IMG/VR virus record: IMGVR_UViG_3300020465_000007
Origin: an uncultured virus (IMG/VR IMGVR_UViG_3300020465_000007)
Lineage: Duplodnaviria > Heunggongvirae > Uroviricota > Caudoviricetes
Direction: 5' to 3' (one strand)
Length of the DNA: 20,000 bases
The position numbers were made by a program, and so were the translations under genes. Below the pieces are notes generated by a model. It was given only the letters and a program-made list of their open reading frames with translations, searched no databases and was not told where the DNA came from. Every line of letters starts with the position of its first letter. Position 1 is the first letter of the stretch. Positions 8,490 through 15,393 of this stretch are shown in pieces.

Positions 8490-9757
8490 TTGTAATTGAT
8501 ACAATTGAAAAGTTTGAAAGACTCAAAGAAGGAGTTAAGAAAACACCATTTTTGTATTTACAAATATATTCAGATGTAAATAAACATCCATTAGAAAATA
8601 GAGTTAGTTGTTATTATATATTGTCGCCTACTGGTAATGAATACATTGTACCTGTTAATCATATTGAGAAAGTAATTGATTGTAGTGAGAAATTAAAAAC
8701 TAATGAGAAGATTGCCATATATGATTTGAAAAGTATTGAACATTCCGCCATGATAGTGGCGCCAAATCAATATGATTTGAATTGGAGTAGATATATTAAA
8801 ACAAATCAACCAGTTGATACAACTGAATATTTGACCAATGCTCACAACTTTTATTATAGAACACATTATGATAAAGAAAATGTAAATGATATAATACCAT
8901 TGGTAAAACACTTGGAATATTTCAAAGCACTTAGTAAAGAGTTATTAGATTATTTAGAAACAGATGATGACCAAACCATATTAACTACATTAAAAGAAGT
9001 TGAAAAAAATGGTCTACAAACAACAGAAAAGTTGGTATATTCAGAGTATAATCCATTCACATCAACAGGCAGACCAAGTAATAGATTTGGTGGTATGAAC
9101 TTTGCTGCATTGAATAAAAATGATGGTAGTAGAAAACAATTCATTAGTAGATTTGATAAGGGTTGGTTAGTGGAATTTGATTATGATGCCTATCATCCAA
9201 GATTGATTGGTAATAAGTTGAAGTATGATTTTCCAAAGGGTTCAGTTCATGAACATTTTGCACAATTATATGGTGTGGATTATGACGAAAGTAAGGCATT
9301 AACATTTAAATATATGTATGGAACAGTTCCACCAGAGATGAGAAATCATCCATTTTTTGGAAAAGTACATAAATATGTGATGAAATTGTGGGATAAATTT
9401 ATTCGCTTAAATTCAACGGATTTTCTATTATCTGATATTTATAATAGGAAGATATATAGGAAAAACCTACTTGATATGAATCCAAATAAATTGTTTAATT
9501 ATATGATACAATTGATGGAAACTGAAAGTAATATTGAGATATTGAGTGAGTTATTACCTAAAATAGAAAAGTATAGTAGTAAAATGATACTTTACAATTA
9601 TGACTCATTTCTGTTTGATTGGGATGCAGAAGTAGATAAATTGGATTATTTGAAAGAAGTAAAGGTTATTTTAGAACGAAGTGGTAAGTATCCTACAAAA
9701 GTTAAAATAGGTAGGAATTATCATGAAATGGAAGATATTACGGAGAAATTTGTATGA
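8477..9757 (+). CDS. Miniature family-A DNA polymerase homologue (thumb deleted, degenerate exonuclease-like N-terminus)
   Basis: TSTGRPSN; motif A EFDYDAYHPR; motif B SKALTFKYMYG; NYMIQ; motif C LYNYDSFLFD. TTG start with GGAG 9 nt upstream (start uncertain). Confidence 0.8.
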   Translation: MGEVVVIDTIEKFERLKEGVKKTPFLYLQIYSDVNKHPLENRVSCYYILSPTGNEYIVPVNHIEKVIDCSEKLKTNEKIAIYDLKSIEHSAMIVAPNQYDLNWSRYIKTNQPVDTTEYLTNAHNFYYRTHYDKENVNDIIPLVKHLEYFKALSKELLDYLETDDDQTILTTLKEVEKNGLQTTEKLVYSEYNPFTSTGRPSNRFGGMNFAALNKNDGSRKQFISRFDKGWLVEFDYDAYHPRLIGNKLKYDFPKGSVHEHFAQLYGVDYDESKALTFKYMYGTVPPEMRNHPFFGKVHKYVMKLWDKFIRLNSTDFLLSDIYNRKIYRKNLLDMNPNKLFNYMIQLMETESNIEILSELLPKIEKYSSKMILYNYDSFLFDWDAEVDKLDYLKEVKVILERSGKYPTKVKIGRNYHEMEDITEKFV

Positions 9758-12360
9758 CAATCATTGATAGAATTTTGTTAGAATTATCAGCAAAGAAAGT
9801 AGTAGAAGATGGGATGCCGGATTTTACAAATGAAAAACACTTATTGGCATTAAATGAAGTATTGGTTGACTTAGGTTGGTCAATGGAAGCTAGAAGCGAG
9901 TTATTGTATTCTTTAATAAAAGAAGAAAGAGATGGTGATACTATAATTACATATAAAGATGATAAGGGTAATGATCAGGATGTAAAATTATCAACTGTTA
10001 GAAATTACTTATCAGATAAAGATTTGAAAACTAATAAAAATAAACAGGCAGCAGTAAAGGCTGCTAACATAGATCCAAAAACTGGTAAAGATAAACCTGA
10101 ACCTGAAAAGGATAAGGAAGGTGGTGAAGATGGTGCACCACAGGGTATGGTTAAAAATCCAAATTATGCTCCTTATGACAGAGGAAGTAACGAGCCTGAA
10201 TTTCTACCAGATCCTAATGCTGAAAAACCAACAGAAAAACCAACAGAAGAACCAACAGAAGAACCATTACCTGAACCAGTAGATAGGTCTAATTTTGCAG
10301 AGGGAACTTCACAACCAAAAGTGTCAGGTAGTAAGACTAAAACTAAAGACAGGCCTAATGGATTCCCAAAGGCTGACTATCCAACACAACAAGAAATACA
10401 TGAAGGCTTAAATGACGGTGACTTTAGTAAATTACAAAAAGACCAAGCCGAAAGAAGGATTGATAGAGATGCTGGTAATGCTGGAGCAGGTGGTCCACCT
10501 GCTAGTAAGGGTGAAAGTATGTATTGTGATATTGTTACAAATCACGATGATGACCAGTTTGCTGAAGATGAAAAAGATAGAATAGATGAAGTTAAAGAAC
10601 GGGACAAATTTAAAAATAAAAAATGGAATACTGCAGAACAGGCTACATTATTTGCACTTGGTATAGATCCAAACTCAGATGAAGCGGTGGAATATATGTC
10701 AAGGAGACAGGCATTTGCTGAAAAAGAATGTGAAAGAATGCAGGCGATGGATAAAAGTGTTTATAATAAGACTGGTAGAAGTGGTTTTGGTGGAAATAAA
10801 AAAGTACCTGCTCCTGAATTAGGAAAGGGTAAGAAAAGAACATTAGCGAATGATGAACCAGGTTCTTGTAATGAGGATTTTATAGATTGGGCAAAGGCAG
10901 CTTATGATGGTGGATTAGAAACTCAACGGTTATTAGATGATACACCTATGGTAAAAGAACCTAGAGAAACCATACAATCAGAACCATCAACAGATGATGC
11001 TGTACAGGCACATTTAGAAGATAAACAGAAAGAATTTTGTGATGCAGATCCAGATGGTGACGATTGTTTACATTATACTGCACAACTTGATGCGTTTAGT
11101 CATAATAGACAATACCATGATACCTATATTATTGGTAAGGATAAAAATGGTAGAACATATATAGTTTCAGTTTCTAATAAAAAAGGTAGTAATATGAAGG
11201 ACCCCCAAAATAATACTACACCAAGAAATAGGTTTAAGGATATAAAGGCTGATATTAAAGATTCAGTTAGGGAAGAAGTAATAACAACATTAGATGAATC
11301 CATAGATCTTGTTAGTAATGTACAAAAAGAAACACGAGATTCTTCTGGTAAATTAACCAATCCAAATAGTTTGGCAGAACATACAGGAGGTGAGGATGCT
11401 GCACTTAGTGATAGCAGACGGAAAGATATATGTAAAAGGGGAAATAAAAGTACTGGTCAAAAGGGTTCTACTTCATTTAATAGGTGGATAGCAAAAAACT
11501 ATCCTAATGAAAATTGGGATGATGTATGTAGTGGTGGTGATGATGGTAAATTATTAGAAATTCTTGGTAAATATAATGCCGATTCCGATTGGCATAAAGA
11601 AAATGGTGGTGAACCAGGTTATGATCCATTTTCTAAAGTGTTTGTAAAAATTGGTGAAAAGGTAAAGCAGAGAAACCTAACTCAATGGAAAAGAGATAAT
11701 CCAGGTAGAAGTGTAGATGAGTATAATAAAGAAAGAAAGGATGAACTAGAGAACAAGAAAGATTTAACAGATGAAGAAAGATGTGAATTGATGAAATTAA
11801 AAGAACAAGAGGCTGTAAATGTAGCACATGATAATGTTATAAATTCTCTTAATGAGGCAGATAGGGGCAAGGTTGATGAAGAAGGAAAACCTACATATCC
11901 AGATGATAAAGATGGTAATAATGGTCCACATGGTAGAGCGTATATCCGTAGTGTAATGCATGCCTTACACTTTGATAGGTATATTAATATGAGTGAAGAA
12001 GAGTCTAAACAAATGATTGTTCAAATGGGAATAGAGGGTGCAAAACCTGATGATTTTAAAGCTTGTTTGGCTAAATTGAGTGGTTATGAGGGAGATCCAA
12101 TTGATCCAGAAGAATTGATAGCTCATATAGAAAAGAGATGTCGAGTAGACAAAACAACAACACCACCTAGCATTGTCATAAAGGGGAATCCTAAAGATAA
12201 ATTATTGATGGAAGATACATGGAGAACTGCAGGAACATCACAAAAAGTTACTTCTGGTATTGGTCAAGATATAAGAGATTGTATTGCTGAACGAACTAAG
12301 AAAAGAAGAGCTGACAAAATAAAAAAGGACAAAGAAGCTAAGAAGGGTGATACAGAATAA
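9754..12360 (+). CDS. 868-aa acidic/charged hypothetical protein, possible PD-(D/E)xK-like nuclease domain
   Basis: ATGA overlap and GGAGA RBS. Compact helical N-terminal 58 aa, then a Pro/Glu linker, then SKGESMYC and HDTYIIG...IVSVSNKKG. Confidence 0.45.
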   Translation: MTIIDRILLELSAKKVVEDGMPDFTNEKHLLALNEVLVDLGWSMEARSELLYSLIKEERDGDTIITYKDDKGNDQDVKLSTVRNYLSDKDLKTNKNKQAAVKAANIDPKTGKDKPEPEKDKEGGEDGAPQGMVKNPNYAPYDRGSNEPEFLPDPNAEKPTEKPTEEPTEEPLPEPVDRSNFAEGTSQPKVSGSKTKTKDRPNGFPKADYPTQQEIHEGLNDGDFSKLQKDQAERRIDRDAGNAGAGGPPASKGESMYCDIVTNHDDDQFAEDEKDRIDEVKERDKFKNKKWNTAEQATLFALGIDPNSDEAVEYMSRRQAFAEKECERMQAMDKSVYNKTGRSGFGGNKKVPAPELGKGKKRTLANDEPGSCNEDFIDWAKAAYDGGLETQRLLDDTPMVKEPRETIQSEPSTDDAVQAHLEDKQKEFCDADPDGDDCLHYTAQLDAFSHNRQYHDTYIIGKDKNGRTYIVSVSNKKGSNMKDPQNNTTPRNRFKDIKADIKDSVREEVITTLDESIDLVSNVQKETRDSSGKLTNPNSLAEHTGGEDAALSDSRRKDICKRGNKSTGQKGSTSFNRWIAKNYPNENWDDVCSGGDDGKLLEILGKYNADSDWHKENGGEPGYDPFSKVFVKIGEKVKQRNLTQWKRDNPGRSVDEYNKERKDELENKKDLTDEERCELMKLKEQEAVNVAHDNVINSLNEADRGKVDEEGKPTYPDDKDGNNGPHGRAYIRSVMHALHFDRYINMSEEESKQMIVQMGIEGAKPDDFKACLAKLSGYEGDPIDPEELIAHIEKRCRVDKTTTPPSIVIKGNPKDKLLMEDTWRTAGTSQKVTSGIGQDIRDCIAERTKKRRADKIKKDKEAKKGDTE
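10222..10269 (+). repeat. 4 x 12-bp tandem repeat encoding the linker EKPT-EKPT-EEPT-EEPL
   Basis: gaaaaaccaaca gaaaaaccaaca gaagaaccaaca gaagaaccatta. Confidence 0.92.
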
Positions 12361-12773
12361 TGAAAACCCAACTGCTCTGCACTTTCGTAAAGAAAGACCA
12401 ATTAGATAAGATAGTCAATATCATTATCACTTGCAATGAAATATTGTATGATAAGGTATATATCTTTTCCAATAAGGAAGATTCAAATCAATTAATCTGT
12501 ACTTATAATGTAGAGTATATAGAAAATTTTCAAGAGGGTATTATAGATACCATTTCATTACATAGAAAAAAACAAACAAATACATTGTATACAATCAATG
12601 CCTTAAATGAAGTTATAAGGTCAAAAAATGGTGGTGTGTTGGATAAATCATTCCAAGTAGATTGGAGTGAATACCAAAACTCATTGTTATTAACTAATGA
12701 TTCAGGCCTGAACATTATTAAAACCAAAATTCATAAAATAATAAATGTGAATGATTGGGAAGTTGAATATTAA
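12360..12773 (+). CDS. Hypothetical phage protein (137 aa)
   Basis: TAATG overlap with the upstream gene, globular composition, followed by a terminator. Distinctive segment ISLHRKKQTNTLYTINALN. Confidence 0.7.
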   Translation: MKTQLLCTFVKKDQLDKIVNIIITCNEILYDKVYIFSNKEDSNQLICTYNVEYIENFQEGIIDTISLHRKKQTNTLYTINALNEVIRSKNGGVLDKSFQVDWSEYQNSLLLTNDSGLNIIKTKIHKIINVNDWEVEY

Positions 12774-12776
12774 TTG

Positions 12777-12805
12777 AAAACTAACAAAAATGTTAGTTTT
12801 TTTTT
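12777..12805 (+). terminator. Intrinsic terminator
   Basis: AAAACTAACA-AAAA-TGTTAGTTTT perfect stem followed by a T run, 3 nt after the stop codon. Confidence 0.75.
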
Positions 12806-12817
12806 ATTTTAGTTCTC

Positions 12818-12916
12818 TATTTATATTGCGAAACCGACTCGGATATGCCAACTGGTAATAAGGATAAAACACACGAGTGGTCGGTTAGTTAATAAAACCA
12901 CAAACGGAGAACAAAA
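12818..12916 (+). promoter_or_regulatory. TATTTATA motif plus structured 5' leader of the TonB-CTD gene
   Basis: TATTTATA at 12818-12825. AACCGAC (12832-12838) pairs with GTCGGTT (12880-12886); alternative pairing ACTCG/CGAGT; inner TGCC-AACT-GGTA hairpin. RBS GGAGA at 12906-12910. Confidence 0.55.
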
Positions 12917-13255
12917 ATGAAGCGACTTTTTTGTTTAATGCTAGTGGGAGTGTTGGCCTCCCAAGACTCACTTTCGGGTGAGAGCCACCAACCCAAAATC
13001 AAAAAACCATTTGAACTTAACTATTATGATATAAGACAAAACATATATGAAGAAACCAATATGACTGGAAATGTTATGGTGGAATTTATAATAGATAAAG
13101 ATGGTACAGTTGTAGAACCTGAAATAGTTGACACTTTTAATGTTTCATTCAATGATGTTATCTTAGATAAAGTTAGAAGAATGAGATTTTCACCACCAAT
13201 CCAAAACGGAGTACCAGTGAGAGTAAGATATAAATTGCCAATTACATTCAGATAA
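12917..13255 (+). CDS. Secreted stand-alone TonB C-terminal domain protein
   Basis: N-terminal signal-peptide-like MKRLFCLMLVGVLAS. C-terminal GNVMVEFIIDKDGTVVEPEIV...FNDVILDKVRRMRFSPPIQNGVPVRVRYKLPITF matches the TonB_C pattern (GxVxVxFxIdxdGxV...wrFxPaxxnGxpV...pixF). Confidence 0.85.
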   Translation: MKRLFCLMLVGVLASQDSLSGESHQPKIKKPFELNYYDIRQNIYEETNMTGNVMVEFIIDKDGTVVEPEIVDTFNVSFNDVILDKVRRMRFSPPIQNGVPVRVRYKLPITFR

Positions 13256-13262
13256 AAAAAAG

Positions 13263-13301
13263 TTACATTTTGAGAAAACTTCTTTATATATATTAATATA
13301 T
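13263..13301 (+). promoter_or_regulatory. Second copy of the promoter-like element
   Basis: TTACATTTTGAGAAAA identical to 7734-7749, followed by TTATATAT as in the thyX copy. Confidence 0.55.
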
Positions 13302-13375
13302 GAAGATTTCAAAGCGGCTCCAATTTTTAGTATCCACCTACTACCATGCTTAAAAAAGAGGAGTCGCTTTTTTTT
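13302..13375 (+). ncRNA. Candidate small RNA, or long-hairpin terminator
   Basis: AAAGCGGCTCC (13311-13321) pairs with GGAGTCGCTTT (13360-13370). Inner stem TTTTTAGTA/TGCTTAAAAA, 14-nt C-rich loop TCCACCTACTACCA, then a T8 tract (13368-13375). A promoter-like element lies immediately upstream. Confidence 0.45.
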
Positions 13376-13406
13376 GCAAAATAGCAAAATAAAATCACTT
13401 TTAATC

Positions 13407-13489
13407 AATCAAGGTTATATTTATTATTGTATCGTTAAATGATACCAATTAAAAATGAATATTAAACATAAAACAATAGGAGTTAAACA
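13407..13489 (+). promoter_or_regulatory. Promoter-like motif and leader of the SSB gene
   Basis: AATCAAGGTTATA plus TATTTATT (13418-13425), a small hairpin TTGTATCG-TTAAA-TGATACCAA (13427-13448), an AU-rich unstructured stretch, and an AGGAG RBS. Confidence 0.5.
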
Positions 13490-14236
13490 ATGGATTTAAA
13501 TGCAATAAAAAAGCGTCTTAGTCAGTTACAGACCACAAACAATCGCACATCCAGTCTTTGGAAACCACAACCAGGAAAAACACAAATAAGAATAGTACCT
13601 TATACATTCAATAAGGATAATCCTTTTATTGAATTATTTTTCCATTATAATCTGAACAATCGTTCTTATCTTTCACCAATTTCATTTGGTAGACCAGATC
13701 CAATTGAGGAATTTTCTCAAAAGTTAAAAGGTTCTGGTAGTAAAGAAGATTATCAGTTGGCCAAGAAGTTGGAAGCAAAAATGAGAACTTTTGCACCAGT
13801 AGTTGTTCGTGGGGAAGAAAGACAAGGCGTCCGTTTTTGGGGTTTTGGTAAAACAGTTTACCAAGAACTACTATCCATAATAGCTGATCCTGATTATGGT
13901 GACATTACCGATCCAGTAAATGGTCGTGATGTTGTTGTGGAATTTATCACTGCTGAAGAAAGTGGTGCTAGTTTCCCTAAAACCAATATTAGGGTTAAAC
14001 CAAATCAAACTGCCATCTCTGATGATCCAGATGTATTAGAGTTAGTCAAAACACAACAAGAGATTAGTGAAATCTATCAAGAGTTGAGTTATGATGACTT
14101 AACAGAAGTACTGAATAATTGGTTAAATCCAAGTGAAGATGAGAAAGAGGAAACTCAAGTATCAACTGCTGACTTGGCTGCCAGTAAAACAGTATCAAAT
14201 ACTTCTGAAGCATTTGACGAACTATTTAATTCGTAA
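13490..14236 (+). CDS. T4 gp32-like single-stranded DNA-binding protein
   Basis: LWKPQPGKTQIRIVP, NPFIELFFHY, GVRFWGFGKTVYQEL, DITDPVNGRDVVV, and an acidic tail ending AFDELFNS. Adjacent to recA. Confidence 0.85.
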   Translation: MDLNAIKKRLSQLQTTNNRTSSLWKPQPGKTQIRIVPYTFNKDNPFIELFFHYNLNNRSYLSPISFGRPDPIEEFSQKLKGSGSKEDYQLAKKLEAKMRTFAPVVVRGEERQGVRFWGFGKTVYQELLSIIADPDYGDITDPVNGRDVVVEFITAEESGASFPKTNIRVKPNQTAISDDPDVLELVKTQQEISEIYQELSYDDLTEVLNNWLNPSEDEKEETQVSTADLAASKTVSNTSEAFDELFNS

Positions 14237-14250
14237 ATAATAATAAACAG

Positions 14251-14285
14251 ATAGAAGGCGTTTAAATACGCCTTCTATTTATTTT
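14251..14285 (+). terminator. Intrinsic terminator-like hairpin between SSB and RecA
   Basis: ATAGAAGGCGT-TTAAAT-ACGCCTTCTAT perfect 11-bp stem followed by TTATTTT. Confidence 0.75.
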
Positions 14286-14295
14286 GGAGATGAGA

Positions 14296-15393
14296 ATGTC
14301 AGTAAATGATATTTTGGCCACTACCCTGGCCGACAGTTTAAACAAAAAATTCAAAGACACTAAAGTTGCTTACTTCTTAGATGGAAGTGATACTACACCA
14401 ACTGATATAAAAGACTTTATATCAACAGGTAGTTCTATGTTAGATTTGGCTATATCAAATAGACCAGATGGTGGAATTGCCGTAGGTAGAATTACAGAAA
14501 TCAATGGATTAGAATCAAGTGGTAAATCTCTACTTGGTGCTCACATCCTTGCAGAGACTCAAAAGAAAGATGGTATCGCTGTTTATATAGATACAGAGAC
14601 ATCAGTTTCACAAGATTTCTTAGAAGTATTGGGTGTTGATATGGGTAAAATGTTATACCTACATTTAGAAACCGTAGAGGAAATATTTGAAGCCATTGAA
14701 GAAATAGTGACTAAAGTTAGAGAAAGTGATAAAGACCGATTGGTAACAATAATGGTTGATTCACTGGCAGCCGCATCTACTAAGGTAGAGATTGAGGCTG
14801 ATTTTGAGAAAGATGGTTGGGCTACTTCAAAGGCAATCATCATCTCAAAAGCAATGAGAAAGATTACTCAAATGATTGGTAGACATAAAATTGCTTTAGT
14901 ATTTACTAATCAACTTAGACAAAAACTCGGTGTAATGTTTGGAGATCCTTGGACAACAAGTGGTGGAAAAGCATTACCATTTCACGCATCTACTCGTATT
15001 AGGTTAAAAAATATGGGGCAGATTAAAGATTCCAAAAAGAATGTATTAGGTATGAAATGTCGGGCTCAAATTGTGAAGAACAGATTGGGACCACCTTTAA
15101 GACACGCCGACTATGATATGTACTTTGATAGAGGTATTGATAATTATGGTGCTTGGTTAACAGTATTGAAAGAACATAAACTCATTAAGAGTGGTGGTGC
15201 TTGGTATACATTAACAGACCAAGATGGTAAAGACCATAAGTTCATGTCTAAGGATTGGGAAGAAATGATTACTGGTAATGATGAACTACGAGAGTATGTT
15301 TATGGAATCATTTGTGATAAAGTTATATTAAAATACAAAGAAAAACTTGGTATTGATGATGTAGAATTTACAGATGAGGTTATTGGTGACTAA
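14296..15393 (+). CDS. recA: RecA/UvsX recombinase
   Basis: ISTGSSMLDLAI, GRITEINGLESSGKS (Walker A), YIDTE, IMVDSLAA (Walker B), NQLRQKLGVMFGDPWTTSGGKALPFHASTRIRL, KSGGAWY. Start reassigned to ATG 14296 (GGAG 6 nt upstream). Confidence 0.93.
   Translation: MSVNDILATTLADSLNKKFKDTKVAYFLDGSDTTPTDIKDFISTGSSMLDLAISNRPDGGIAVGRITEINGLESSGKSLLGAHILAETQKKDGIAVYIDTETSVSQDFLEVLGVDMGKMLYLHLETVEEIFEAIEEIVTKVRESDKDRLVTIMVDSLAAASTKVEIEADFEKDGWATSKAIIISKAMRKITQMIGRHKIALVFTNQLRQKLGVMFGDPWTTSGGKALPFHASTRIRLKNMGQIKDSKKNVLGMKCRAQIVKNRLGPPLRHADYDMYFDRGIDNYGAWLTVLKEHKLIKSGGAWYTLTDQDGKDHKFMSKDWEEMITGNDELREYVYGIICDKVILKYKEKLGIDDVEFTDEVIGD

Noticed and set aside
8477..9757. PolA as a pseudogene, or split by an intron or intein
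   Set aside because: Single uninterrupted ORF with both catalytic Asp residues, a clean in-frame thumb deletion and coupled neighbours. No intein or intron signatures.
12826..12890. c-di-GMP-I or cobalamin riboswitch (GCGAAACC start, TonB context)
   Set aside because: I could not find the remaining consensus elements, and it is too short for a cobalamin riboswitch. Kept only as an unknown structured leader.
13288..13301. Perfect 14-bp palindrome ATATATTAATATAT
   Set aside because: A/T-only low-complexity sequence, plausible by chance in this background.
12774..13489. tRNA genes in the intergenic regions
   Set aside because: No cloverleaf or T-loop GTTCRA pattern found.
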